From a virus (taxonomy: Duplodnaviria > Caudoviricetes), in the IMG/VR virus record IMGVR_UViG_3300018072_000001, positions 1-57,879 of that record: a stretch of 57,879 nucleotides of DNA, one strand, 5' to 3'. Within the stretch, counting starts at the first letter, position 1. Every line of letters starts with the position of its first letter. Below the pieces are notes generated by a model. The model was not told where the DNA came from, did no database searches, and saw only the letters and a list, made by a program, of their open reading frames with translations. Positions 36,651-46,109 of this stretch are shown piece after piece. A program made the position numbers and the translations under genes.

Positions 36651-36893
36651 CTACGTCGTGGGTGCGGGTGCGGTCGAGTCGAGTTGTGCGGCCTTGGCTT
36701 TGATGTCCGCCGCGACGGCTTCAATCTTGGAGGCATCGCCGAGCAGGCGAACCACTGCGGCGGCATCGCCTTGTTCGAATGGGACTTTATTGATCCAATT
36801 GGTGAACGCCGTAGCGAAGGCCGGTTCGAAGGTGTCTCCTTCCGCCACGAAGGAGTTCGCGGCTCCGATATACGCTGAGATTTTGAATGGCAT
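36651..36893 (-). CDS. Hypothetical protein
   Basis: GAGGAG RBS before MPFKISAY. Confidence 0.55.
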   Translation of the reverse strand: MPFKISAYIGAANSFVAEGDTFEPAFATAFTNWINKVPFEQGDAAAVVRLLGDASKIEAVAADIKAKAAQLDSTAPAPTT

Positions 36894-37015
36894 CTGCTCC
36901 TCTCTCTGGATAAGAAACGGAGCCTGCGGGATGTTGACAACCGGCTCATCTTCTGGTTTCGTGCAGGCTCCGTCCATGGATGGGTTACCGCATACAGCCT
37001 CACCTCCTTCATGAA

Positions 37016-38518
37016 TTAACCCCAGGCCGATTCATGGACACGTACTTCCTCGACGATGCCGGTATAGGACAGCGACGCCAGCATGAGGGCATCGGCGTCG
37101 TCGGGAGATGGGCGTCCTCTGGCCTTGATATCGTCTTTCGATTCCATTTGGATCTTGCCGCGACTGTTGCGCTTATAGCGGAGATCCACCAACTGCGCCG
37201 CGAGATCATCATCCGCGTCATCAATGTCAATGAGGCGGGATTGAAAGAGTTCGCGGAGCGCCCAGTAGCCTTCGGCGCGAATGTTCTCGAAGTGTTCTTT
37301 GTCCTTGGCGGGTCTCGAGACATTGACGCCAATGACGGTCGTGTATTTCTGTTCCTGGGCGCGTTGCACCACCCCGCGTCCAATGCCGATCTCGTCCACC
37401 TTCACCCGGCCGTAGGCGGTTGTGGTGTTGGTTTGCTTTCTGGTGTTGATGAATGCGAGCAGTTGTCCACAGGTCTCCATGGTGTTGGGGTTCTGATCGC
37501 GGCGGATGATGCGATAGCGTGGTCCCTCGCGTTCGCAGTAGGTGGAGTTGTTCGCGCCGCCACCGACGTCCAATCCGAACTCATAGGGCGCGGTAGCGGG
37601 GAGTTCGTGCTGCTGCGCGGCCAGGACCCATTTGATCGGCAGCAGGCCATCGATGGTAGTATCGGGGAATTGCCCAAGGACTTTACTGACCCAGAAGGGA
37701 TTCGACTCGCCCCATTTGCGGCGTTTCTCGTCCACCCAGAGTTTGCCGACCAGCAGGTGTTTGAGTTTGTCGGGTACCGCTTCGCCGGTAAAGTTGGGGG
37801 TGTCGAAGGCGGAGATGGGAATGACATTCCATCCGGAGCCGGGTTTGCAGATGTTATGAAATTCCGTCTCGGGTGCGTCGGGGTTCCCAATCGCGAGGAA
37901 GCGCGAGTCGTCATTGGCGCAGAGGGAGTCCGCGGCTTCCCACAGGGCCTGGCTGGCGATGCCTCCGGCTTCATCAAAGATGACGAGCACGTAGCGGGCA
38001 TGAATGCCCTGGAACGCCGCTGGGTCGAGATCATCCGGCTTCATGCCGAAGGCCACCAGTTCCTCTTTGCCATTGGCCGTGGGGAGGAACCACTCGGTCT
38101 GGTTGGTGCGGCCGATGAGCGCGGCATTGCCATGGGCGCGATTGATTTCCCGCCAGAGAATGTTCCGGACCTGACGCCCGGTAGGAGCCGAAGAAACCAC
38201 GAAGGCTTCTCCAGCGGGATGATTGCACAACCAATGCGCGGCGATTCTGGCCGCGAGGAACGACTTGCCAGAACCATGACAGGAGGGAACGGCGGTCTTG
38301 CGATGATCCCGTACTGAAAGGACAATCTCGCGTTGCTTGGTCCAGAGATGCTCCTGCAGGGTGTCCTGGATCCAGCGGTCCGGTGCGGCGAGGTAGCGTC
38401 GGCGCCGTTGTTCCGCAATGATGCCGGCCAGCTGTTCGGCTGGCGAAAGAAAGGAACGCGCGCGAGGAGATCCCCCTAGGGAGAAGGGATCGGGATGGGG
38501 ATGAGTGGTAGGTTTCAA
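37016..38518 (-). CDS. terL: Terminase large subunit
   Basis: SCHGSGKS Walker A, IFDEA Walker B, IGNP, GLDVG and SPDDADAL RNase H-like nuclease motifs; start uncertain. Confidence 0.92.
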   Translation of the reverse strand: MKPTTHPHPDPFSLGGSPRARSFLSPAEQLAGIIAEQRRRRYLAAPDRWIQDTLQEHLWTKQREIVLSVRDHRKTAVPSCHGSGKSFLAARIAAHWLCNHPAGEAFVVSSAPTGRQVRNILWREINRAHGNAALIGRTNQTEWFLPTANGKEELVAFGMKPDDLDPAAFQGIHARYVLVIFDEAGGIASQALWEAADSLCANDDSRFLAIGNPDAPETEFHNICKPGSGWNVIPISAFDTPNFTGEAVPDKLKHLLVGKLWVDEKRRKWGESNPFWVSKVLGQFPDTTIDGLLPIKWVLAAQQHELPATAPYEFGLDVGGGANNSTYCEREGPRYRIIRRDQNPNTMETCGQLLAFINTRKQTNTTTAYGRVKVDEIGIGRGVVQRAQEQKYTTVIGVNVSRPAKDKEHFENIRAEGYWALRELFQSRLIDIDDADDDLAAQLVDLRYKRNSRGKIQMESKDDIKARGRPSPDDADALMLASLSYTGIVEEVRVHESAWG

Positions 38519-38528
38519 ATTTTAAAAT

Positions 38529-38639
38529 TTAACAGGGATTGCTATCCGGACACATGCGCAGGATGATCCACCCGAGAATGAGGATGGTAGCGAAGAACCA
38601 CAGGAGCAGCAACGCGCAGGCGGTGAGGAATCGGCGCAT
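38529..38639 (-). CDS. Small membrane peptide (36 aa)
   Basis: MRRFLTACALLLLWFFATILILGWIILRMCPDSNPC. Confidence 0.4.
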   Translation of the reverse strand: MRRFLTACALLLLWFFATILILGWIILRMCPDSNPC

Positions 38640-38680
38640 GTCAATTCGCGTAGTTGTTCAAGGCACAGCGATGCACGGGG

Positions 38681-38881
38681 TCAAAAGGGTGCCGGAGGTT
38701 CAGGGCCGAAGAAGACATACAGGACGATCAGACAGGCGAAGGCGAACTTGAGCAGCATGATGCCGGGACCGCCGGGAATGGAGAGGCCGACGAGTTCAAA
38801 GAGGAGCGGGATGGCGAAGATGCAAATGAGGACGAGGATGACCGCGTAGACCAGACGCCAGAGCAGGGATTTGATATTCAT
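38681..38881 (-). CDS. Two-TM membrane protein
   Basis: Two hydrophobic helices. Confidence 0.6.
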   Translation of the reverse strand: MNIKSLLWRLVYAVILVLICIFAIPLLFELVGLSIPGGPGIMLLKFAFACLIVLYVFFGPEPPAPF

Positions 38882-38944
38882 AATGACACCTGATGAAAAT
38901 TGAATTGAACTGTGAGAATGTACCACGCACGATTTCACTGAATT

Positions 38945-39187
38945 TCAGGGGTGCATGCTCCCCCTCCTGCGGGATGCCAGTCGATCGGCTCGCTGTTCTT
39001 CGCGTAACATTTCATCGACGCGAGCATCGAACTCGTCATCAATGTGTTGCTGCGAGAATTCTTTTCGTGGAGCATCGAGTTCTTCTTTGGTACGGACCCA
39101 TCCCTCTCGTAGTAAGCGTTCGAGCTCGCTCTCCTCTGCCGCGCAGGGATGGACCCGTGCATGTTCCGGATGATACATCTCGATCAT
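38945..39187 (-). CDS. Hypothetical protein
   Basis: MYHP...LLREGWV, weakly like 35904..36200. Confidence 0.5.
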   Translation of the reverse strand: MIEMYHPEHARVHPCAAEESELERLLREGWVRTKEELDAPRKEFSQQHIDDEFDARVDEMLREEQRADRLASRRRGSMHP

Positions 39188-39188
39188 A

Positions 39189-39644
39189 CTAATGTACCGT
39201 TTCTGCCTTGAGCATCGCGGCGACCTGGAGTGCCCGCTCCTGGAGCTCCTCATTACTCAAGGCACTCAACTCCTGCTGTAGCGAGAGCGTACCCGAATGC
39301 TCCACCATTTCCTTCGGCTTGCCCTTGGCGTAATACCACAGCATGCATTCTACTGCTGGGCGTAATTTTCGCTCCCGCAGATCCGCAAGCAGGCGTTTTC
39401 GGTACACTGGATCCTCAATCATTTGCAAACAATCCAGCTTGGTTTCCTTGCTCACGACGAAATTCTTTTTCGGGGCCGCTTTTTCTGCCGCATGTACCGG
39501 AGAATCTTTGTATGAATGATTCTGCGTATGACCCTGCGGCTTGAGACAGTGCTGGCGCGTCTCGCGGTGTCGATGCGTACAACGCGGACGAATGCCGGGT
39601 GTCCGTTTGTATGCAGATGGCGTGACGAACGTGATTTTTGACAT
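39189..39644 (-). CDS. Putative terminase small subunit
   Basis: First gene of the late arm; YYAKGKPKE.VEHSG...LSNEEL is a TerS-like C-terminus. Confidence 0.55.
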   Translation of the reverse strand: MSKITFVTPSAYKRTPGIRPRCTHRHRETRQHCLKPQGHTQNHSYKDSPVHAAEKAAPKKNFVVSKETKLDCLQMIEDPVYRKRLLADLRERKLRPAVECMLWYYAKGKPKEMVEHSGTLSLQQELSALSNEELQERALQVAAMLKAETVH

Positions 39645-40144
39645 AATTTTCAGCAGTGCCTAACCACGAAAAGTGGCTCGTTTCTCCTCCAACACCCCAT
39701 TATCCTAAGGCCCGAAAAACCGACCCTCTTCCATGGTATTTCCTCCTCCGAATTCGCAATTCCCTGTGCGTATTTCGAAAAAACATCACTTTTCCGGCAG
39801 TTCACACCTGAAACGCGAGGGGTAGGGTCCCCCTTCATACACCGCCCCTGTTCGTCGTTCGCTCGCGTCATTTCCGCACCATCCTTCAGCATTTCCCCTA
39901 TGAAGTACCACTACATTACTAAGGATTTTTTCGTATGATTTTTTATTTAAGGAAGACTTCTAGAAGAATGACCCATACCCCCTCCACTCTAGACGTGAAT
40001 TCCCATTTATTCAATTCTTACGCATAACTATATACAGTAATCGCTCATCGCTGCTAAAAGGGACACCTGCATCTCCACCCCTGAATTTCCTCTCGACACT
40101 TTATCTAGTAAACTCTATAATCAGCTGTTCGGAGGATCCAATAA
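39645..40144. promoter_or_regulatory. Divergent, partly AT-rich intergenic region (promoters, possible pac site)
   Basis: Strand switch between arms; AT-rich tracts at 39900-40040. Confidence 0.5.
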
Positions 40145-40381
40145 ATGCCGCTGTATGACTATCGGTGCCCGGTCTGCTCCATCACCATTGAACTGTACCA
40201 GCATCACCATCACGATCCGGCGCCGATCTGCACCACCTGCGTTGGCCCACGCATGATCCGACAACTCGCCGCCCCTATCATTCGCACCAGCGAGGCCCCG
40301 ACCATCCGTTCGCATTATTCTAAAGAAGGCTTTCGCATCACCACCACCGATTGCCGCAAACCAAAGGATCGCATCGAATGA
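40145..40381 (+). CDS. FmdB-like zinc ribbon protein
   Basis: MPLYDYRCPVC...CTTC; GGAGG RBS. Confidence 0.75.
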   Translation: MPLYDYRCPVCSITIELYQHHHHDPAPICTTCVGPRMIRQLAAPIIRTSEAPTIRSHYSKEGFRITTTDCRKPKDRIE

Positions 40382-40697
40382 AAGCCGACGAACAAGCCGT
40401 GTACGACGCACTCGACAACATCGATCCCACCACGCACTCGCTGGGCCACATGTACTTTGCGATGCTGTATGCCTTGATCCTCGCGCTCCTGGTCATCGCG
40501 CATCGCATTGAGGAACAACCATGAACGATTACGCCTGGTACGGCATTGCCACCCTCGCTGTGCTCGCCGCCCTCAGCGTCATGATCACCGGCCTACAATC
40601 CAATCGCGAAGCCCGCTGCAAACGCTACGGCCATTCCTGGCAACTCACCACCCATGGGTGGACCTGCATTCGCTGCGGGCACTACTGGAGGACCTGA

Positions 40698-41156
40698 TTG
40701 CCGAATAAAGGCTACAAACAATCCCCCTCCCATCGCGCACGGATTCAACGCGCGCTCACCCGACGCAGCCATCTGGTGGATCAAGCGCTCAGCGCCTATC
40801 ACCTTAAAATCCCGCAGCATCTGCGGAAGAAAGGCGACACCCATCCCGGCAAACCCGATCCGCTCCCGACCCCGATTCCCCCTTCGGCTTCGCAGATCAC
40901 CTCTGATCTGCCCCAGCGATGGGGTGCCTACAGCCATCACGCCGGCGGCCAGTATTACTTCAAGCGGGAACAAGCCGACAGCTACTCCGCTTTGGCCAAA
41001 CTCATTCGCAGCTATGATCTCAACACCACGCCGATCTGGACCTACGTCCGGTCCGGCCGTACTGAAGACGAACTGCTGCTCCCGATACGCATACCCGAAT
41101 CCATTACCAAATCCCTCGGTCATCGTTGGCACTTTTACAAGGAGAAGAAACATTGA
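40698..41156 (+). CDS. Hypothetical protein (NUMOD3-like N-terminus)
   Basis: GYKQSPSHRARI; GGAGG upstream of the TTG start. Confidence 0.45.
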   Translation: MPNKGYKQSPSHRARIQRALTRRSHLVDQALSAYHLKIPQHLRKKGDTHPGKPDPLPTPIPPSASQITSDLPQRWGAYSHHAGGQYYFKREQADSYSALAKLIRSYDLNTTPIWTYVRSGRTEDELLLPIRIPESITKSLGHRWHFYKEKKH

Positions 41157-41353
41157 CACAACGAAGCACGGAGGCAGGCGTAAGCGACCAATCAGATTTC
41201 GGCGAGGAGAAGCCATGATCAGGGTTGCGGCGATTGCGATCTTGGCGCTGTTGCTAATCGTAGCGGTGCGCGATCACATTCGGAGGCGTCAATGAAAGTA
41301 TGTCGAGAGGAAACAGCGGCCGAAGTTGGCGCGAGATTTAACAAGGAGCAAAA

Positions 41354-41713
41354 ATGACACAACGCGAATTTCTACAACAACTGTTCCTGCTACGGCAAGA
41401 CATTGAGAGCACGCCCATGCTCGATCCCGTTGCCGCGCAACAACGCGAGCGTTGGGCCGCACGACTCGGCGATCTGATGAATCGGCGGATGGGTGCCGCA
41501 GACTTACAGACCACGGATCCCGTTGTCATTGCCTGCATGGGATCGGTACCGGAATGCGCCGCGAACGGTTGCCAATTTCTCAAGACCATGGGCTACCGGG
41601 AAGGCGAACACCCCTCGCGCGAACCTGTTGACAATCATAAAGGCGACACCGCTTCAGAGATACTCGCATTTGATCGAGGCTGGCGAGCGGCCTTCGCCCA
41701 GATGACGCCATGA
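41354..41713 (+). CDS. Hypothetical protein
   Basis: AAGGAG RBS. Confidence 0.55.
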   Translation: MTQREFLQQLFLLRQDIESTPMLDPVAAQQRERWAARLGDLMNRRMGAADLQTTDPVVIACMGSVPECAANGCQFLKTMGYREGEHPSREPVDNHKGDTASEILAFDRGWRAAFAQMTP

Positions 41714-41973
41714 GTGATGTACGCGATCTCCGCATCACGCTCGCCTTCGATATGACACGGTTTCTGTCCGCGATCGAGAAAACCATTCGCGCCTTGGACG
41801 AGCTCGCTCGGGCATTCGATCTGGTCTTTCATTCCCGTCCACGTTCCACTCCAGGAGAATGGGCGTATCGGTTTGCGACCTGGCTGGGCTTCGCTCCGTT
41901 GGAGGTACTCGCCTGGTTGGAAACTTGTCCCGGTGCGTTTGCCGATGAGTTCGGCGAGGGATGGCAACCATGA
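41710..41973 (+). CDS. Hypothetical protein
   Basis: ATGA overlap with the upstream gene. Confidence 0.5.
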   Translation: MSDVRDLRITLAFDMTRFLSAIEKTIRALDELARAFDLVFHSRPRSTPGEWAYRFATWLGFAPLEVLAWLETCPGAFADEFGEGWQP

Positions 41974-42377
41974 CCGGCCGTCGTATGGGCTGGAGATCAT
42001 TTAAGGGTCCAAACTTTCCATCCTATCAAATCGCGAAGCTCGATACCGATCGGAAGCTCCAGTGGCATGCGCATTGCGGGACTCGCGCGCAACTCCGTAA
42101 TCTCCGCCAGAAATGTAGGCACATTCTCGATGCCAAGGATGATGAAACCAAACTCATGGGACAACGCGTCATCGAAGTGGTCAAAGACGAACCCAATCCA
42201 GAGTTCGGCGCCTTACATTTGATTGCGGCCGCACTCGATATCGCCAGTGATACCGACGTCACGTGGTTGGACGCGATGCAGTACCTACTCGATAAATTTG
42301 AGGAGCGACAACATGAGCAGCGAATTCCGGATGGAACGATCGATGATGGAAGCGACCTCCCTCCATCGACCAAATGA
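41970..42377 (+). CDS. Hypothetical protein
   Basis: ATGA overlap with the upstream gene. Confidence 0.5.
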   Translation: MTGRRMGWRSFKGPNFPSYQIAKLDTDRKLQWHAHCGTRAQLRNLRQKCRHILDAKDDETKLMGQRVIEVVKDEPNPEFGALHLIAAALDIASDTDVTWLDAMQYLLDKFEERQHEQRIPDGTIDDGSDLPPSTK

Positions 42378-42711
42378 ACGTTGGACCCATACCGACCGTC
42401 ATGGACACATTCATCAATGGTGGACCAACGGCGCACCGGCCACTAGTTATCGTCCCACCGACCACTTCATCACACCCACATTGCATTGGGTGCAGACCGG
42501 TATAGAGTACTTTGAAGACGGCGCAGAGATTCCCATTGGCGAACATCGCTGCGTACGGTGCGAGGAGAAGGTTGAACCCGGTTACAAGGCCGATGACTGC
42601 ACGCAGTATGTTCCCGGCCTGACGCGGTATCTGATTAACGGCCGCAGCGTCAGCAAGGAAGAATACCTCCGACGCTATTTGGAAGAGCATCCGCATGACG
42701 GATTACAGTAA
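42313..42711 (+). CDS. Hypothetical protein
   Basis: GAGGAG RBS before MSSEF. Confidence 0.5.
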   Translation: MSSEFRMERSMMEATSLHRPNERWTHTDRHGHIHQWWTNGAPATSYRPTDHFITPTLHWVQTGIEYFEDGAEIPIGEHRCVRCEEKVEPGYKADDCTQYVPGLTRYLINGRSVSKEEYLRRYLEEHPHDGLQ

Positions 42712-42907
42712 CGTACGAGAGTTCCTCGGTCGGTTCATCGGCCAACGGATTCTCGACATCACCCAACAGGACGAAGACGAGTTCAAAGAAGACGGAGAAA
42801 CCCGGATCTACTTTCACATGCAGAATGGGGAGATGATTTCTTTTCCCATTGGCGATGACGGCTTTACCATTCATGAATTAGAGGAGGAAAATGGCGAGAG
42901 TGATTAG
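42695..42907 (+). CDS. Small acidic protein
   Basis: ORF in an operon-like run. Confidence 0.55.
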   Translation: MTDYSNVREFLGRFIGQRILDITQQDEDEFKEDGETRIYFHMQNGEMISFPIGDDGFTIHELEEENGESD

Positions 42908-43133
42908 CACCTACAGCTTGTATGACGCACTCAAGTTTGAAGGCATTGATATGCCGGACGACTGCGTCGATGTCACGTTAGAATTCAAGGTGGACAATAT
43001 CTACCAACTCATCTACCGGTGCAATCTCACGGATGAGATGTTGCAGAAAGTCGGTCGCGCACTCCAACGCCTGGGAGAGAAAAGCATCGAGGCGCGGTTC
43101 AAACCGGTCCAGGACAGCGAACGAGAACCATAA
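42891..43133 (+). CDS. Hypothetical protein
   Basis: GAGGAGG RBS. Confidence 0.55.
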   Translation: MARVISTYSLYDALKFEGIDMPDDCVDVTLEFKVDNIYQLIYRCNLTDEMLQKVGRALQRLGEKSIEARFKPVQDSEREP

Positions 43134-43576
43134 TGAGTATTATTGTTGATCCCGCCAGACATATCGGCCATACCTGCATCCTCGGTAAACATGTTTGGTT
43201 CATATGCACCGGTGTTCGAGAAGTGAACGGCTGGATTGTTCCGGCAGACACCATGGAAGAGCCATTCGGTCAAACTAAATGTCTCTGCGGACAGTACCAA
43301 TGGCGGAATCGCACACCACCATGGATTTTACTCAAACACGTGGAACCCCTTAGGAGACAGACCATGGCAGATGCAACCAAGGCACCGGACTTCGCAGAGC
43401 ACATCAGCACACTCAAACGCGAACTGTACAACGCGATGACGCCGTGTCTCGCGCGGTTCAAGGAACGAACCGGCGTCACGCCGCGAAACATTCGCTGTGA
43501 TATGATTGATACCTCGGTCTCCGGTGACATGCGCAGTTACATACTGGGTGATGTGAAGGTGGAGTTCGAACTGTAA
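43133..43576 (+). CDS. Hypothetical protein (possible second start at MADATK)
   Basis: TAATG coupling; internal AGGAG RBS. Confidence 0.45.
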   Translation: MSIIVDPARHIGHTCILGKHVWFICTGVREVNGWIVPADTMEEPFGQTKCLCGQYQWRNRTPPWILLKHVEPLRRQTMADATKAPDFAEHISTLKRELYNAMTPCLARFKERTGVTPRNIRCDMIDTSVSGDMRSYILGDVKVEFEL

Positions 43577-43902
43577 TGGATCGTCGAGAGTTTTTTCGCC
43601 GTGCGTTCGCGGTGCTCGCCACGACGGCCGTTGCCGAGCTCGATATCGAACGGTTGCTCTGGGTTCCCGGTGAGCGCACGATCTTTCTACCCTCGACATT
43701 TGATGTCCACGCCGTCATCATGCGTGAAGGGTTGAAAATACTCAAACAGCAACTAGCATTTACCCGGCTCATCAACCGACAATATGACGGCGCAAGTTAC
43801 GGAGAAAAAGTGCTCGAATTCACGACTCCAAAAAGGGGGGGTGACGAGATTTTTCGGCTTGATACCTCGGTTTCGGGCAAAAAGTGGCATTCAATTTCCT
43901 GA
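43576..43902 (+). CDS. Small protein: twin-arginine-like leader + P22-coat-like N-terminal fragment
   Basis: MDRREFF...; AVIMREGLKILKQQLAFTRLINRQYD. Confidence 0.5.
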   Translation: MDRREFFRRAFAVLATTAVAELDIERLLWVPGERTIFLPSTFDVHAVIMREGLKILKQQLAFTRLINRQYDGASYGEKVLEFTTPKRGGDEIFRLDTSVSGKKWHSIS

Positions 43903-44069
43903 GCAAATTCCACCACTGTGCAATTCCGTTCGACCAATCCAAAAGCCACTGCAAATATTCCCTATCCCCAGGCCGGTGTACGGGTTAACCACCTTTTCGA
44001 CCCCATTTGGGCTGACTACCTTCTTCTTTGTGTGCGCGGCCGATGCCAGTTTGAGCGATAATAGTGGTG

Positions 44070-44560
44070 TCGGGTAGGTGACGGAGCGCAGGCAAGGGCC
44101 GATGCCACACAGGCGAGTGCCCGGAACGCCGTAAGCCGCAAACCGAAATCTACAGCGACACGGGCACCACCCCAGGCTGTTACGAATCAAGGCCGGTGAA
44201 CTGGGTGGGCCGCTTGAAAACAAAATACCAAGCAAGCTTTCAGAAAGCTGTCGCGCCTTCCAATGGCGCGGCCGGTTCGTCATTAGCGTATCCTGCCCAC
44301 ACCGCCTCACGGCATAGCGGCACACGGAATAAATCGCGAACGCTGAACCGGTTGTCCACGGACACCAGCAGACCTGAAGTCGAAACATGACACGCCATCC
44401 TGGCGTTGGCTGCTTGACCTTTCTTCTTCCGTTGTGCAGGCCTACACCCAGACCGCACGAAACCAAGTGCACACGGAAGCGATGATGAGGACAGCGCACG
44501 GCGTGACAGGCCGTGTGTTGTAAATCCCCCCACACTGCGTGGGCCGGTTCCAAGGCCGGA
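44070..44560 (+). ncRNA. Candidate structured non-coding RNA / long leader
   Basis: No credible ORF; at least six hairpins; strand is an assumption. Confidence 0.4.
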
Positions 44561-44573
44561 CCTGAAGGAGAAG

Positions 44574-44696
44574 ATGATGAAGGCGAAGGTATTGACATTG
44601 ATATTCCTGTTGTATGCGTCGTTTCACGGACAGGGACAGTTCCACGAAGAGACCCACACTCCATCGCGTCGCGCGCACGCAGCGGTTTCTCGGTAA
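44574..44696 (+). CDS. 40-aa peptide with hydrophobic N-terminus
   Basis: GAAGGAGAAG RBS; MMKAKVLTLIFLLYASF... Confidence 0.4.
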   Translation: MMKAKVLTLIFLLYASFHGQGQFHEETHTPSRRAHAAVSR

Positions 44697-44697
44697 C

Positions 44698-44719
44698 GAA
44701 GAAGGAGAAGAAGGTCATG
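44698..44719 (+). promoter_or_regulatory. Repeated start-associated leader GAAGAAGGAGAAGAAGGTCATG (copies at 45052, 45752, 46369; variants near 46765, 47271, 47475)
   Basis: Identical 22-mer at 44698 and 45752; each copy ends at a start codon. Confidence 0.8.
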
Positions 44720-44818
44720 AGTACATTTGAAAAATTCCAAGCCACGCAGAAACTCGAACACGCATTGGCGGTTGAGCGAATCAAGAAGGACACGACCTGG
44801 GTCGAGGTAAAACTATGA
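44717..44818 (+). CDS. 33-aa early peptide
   Basis: Follows the leader motif. Confidence 0.55.
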   Translation: MSTFEKFQATQKLEHALAVERIKKDTTWVEVKL

Positions 44819-45036
44819 TGACCGAACAACGCACAACACCATCGGCCGTCAACAAGGTGCTTAAAGCACGCGGCCACAAGGAACGTCTGGTGCGTGGACG
44901 AGGCTATTACTACTTCGTGGACGGTGATGCCTCGGGTTGGTTCTCGTCATCGGTTCCGGTGATGTGGTTGTACGGCACGCCGGAACACTTCGCCGATATG
45001 CGCGACCAGCTGGCAAAGGATCCTCGAAATTTCTAA
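44815..45036 (+). CDS. Hypothetical protein
   Basis: LVRGRGYYYF motif; ATGA coupling. Confidence 0.6.
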   Translation: MMTEQRTTPSAVNKVLKARGHKERLVRGRGYYYFVDGDASGWFSSSVPVMWLYGTPEHFADMRDQLAKDPRNF

Positions 45037-45067
45037 GAACATCGAAAACAAGAAGGAGAATAAGGTC

Positions 45068-45358
45068 ATGTTGAATATCATCGTGCGAATTCAAAACGTG
45101 GATATGAACGGTTTCTGCGGCCGCGACCATCACCCCACCAAGGAGATGGAAGGGTGCTTCGTACGTATCACGAATATGGAGACCATCCCGGAAGGCACCG
45201 ACAATGAGGACATGAAAGGAGATCCAGCGTATCTAGTTTTCTCCGGCATTCTCCTGGATGCCAACGGCGAGGACATGGAGGATGGCGAGGTCGAATTGAT
45301 TGATCATGAAATCGAATCGCTAGAAGACATGCCGGTGTTGTTCTCAGCCAAGGAATAG
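45068..45358 (+). CDS. Acidic hypothetical protein
   Basis: Follows the leader motif. Confidence 0.65.
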   Translation: MLNIIVRIQNVDMNGFCGRDHHPTKEMEGCFVRITNMETIPEGTDNEDMKGDPAYLVFSGILLDANGEDMEDGEVELIDHEIESLEDMPVLFSAKE

Positions 45359-45430
45359 GACGTTGCGTGGTGGGCACACATCGGTGCGCCTATCACGGAG
45401 CAATCCTGCTCCCATCGAAAGGATCGTATC

Positions 45431-45694
45431 ATGAAGAGCAACAAGAACGTCAGCCGTCGTGGTCGTGCGCAGTTCGCCTTCGTCAAGGCCGTCGAGGCGC
45501 AGGAAGGCATCCAGGCGGTCGTGTTGCAGGCGGTGAAGAAGGTGCGGCATGGTTCGGTGGCGGACATCGCGCAGGCCGCCATCAAGCTGGGACTGAAGAA
45601 GGTCACCAGCCAGGATCCTCTAGTCCAGACTCACGTGCATCTCAACCGGCTGCGGGCCATCAAGGCGGTGAAGCGCATCAAGCAGGCCGCATAG
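45431..45694 (+). CDS. Winged-helix DNA-binding protein, paralogue 1
   Basis: GSVADIAQAAIKLGL..TSQDPLVQT...LNRL. Confidence 0.65.
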   Translation: MKSNKNVSRRGRAQFAFVKAVEAQEGIQAVVLQAVKKVRHGSVADIAQAAIKLGLKKVTSQDPLVQTHVHLNRLRAIKAVKRIKQAA

Positions 45695-45770
45695 CGTGAC
45701 GCGGCGTCGATGGGTGGGCCAGGCAATCTGCTTGGCTCACCTCCGTTCCTAGAAGAAGGAGAAGAAGGTC

Positions 45771-46109
45771 ATGTCCAAGATTTTCCGTTGCGACGTCTGC
45801 GGCAGTGAACCCGCTATCGCCAACACGCGGGAGACCGGTCAGTTCTGGTGCGAGACCTGCCAGACCTGGAAAGACTTTCTCATCATCTACACCTTCGTCC
45901 TTGGCACCAACATTCCTCAGACCATCAAGGTGGGCGACCGACACTCGTGGGCACAGATGCGGCCGAACACCGGGTCGTATCACAGTCAACAGCCCGGTGG
46001 TCCGGCGAAACTGATCACCGGTGTCGTGGTGGCCATCAACGACGACATGTGGGTGAAGGTGGAAGCCGAATACGTGCCGCCATTGGAACACGTGCGGAGG
46101 GTGAGATGA
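45771..46109 (+). CDS. Zinc-ribbon hypothetical protein
   Basis: CDVC...CETC; follows the leader motif. Confidence 0.6.
   Translation: MSKIFRCDVCGSEPAIANTRETGQFWCETCQTWKDFLIIYTFVLGTNIPQTIKVGDRHSWAQMRPNTGSYHSQQPGGPAKLITGVVVAINDDMWVKVEAEYVPPLEHVRRVR

Noticed and set aside
35409-38317. Long plus-strand ORFs 35409..36878 and 36980..38317
   Set aside because: Antisense to the portal, small genes and terminase; no motifs; typical of GC-rich shadow frames
44190-44420. Resemblance to RNase P RNA segments (GGCTGCTTGA, TGTCCACG)
   Set aside because: The universal GAGGAAAGUCC and ACAGAA...GGCUUA elements are not present
43891-44877. 328-aa minus-strand ORF across the non-coding block
   Set aside because: Runs opposite to all neighbours, overlaps plus-strand genes with strong leaders, has unprotein-like composition and no clear RBS
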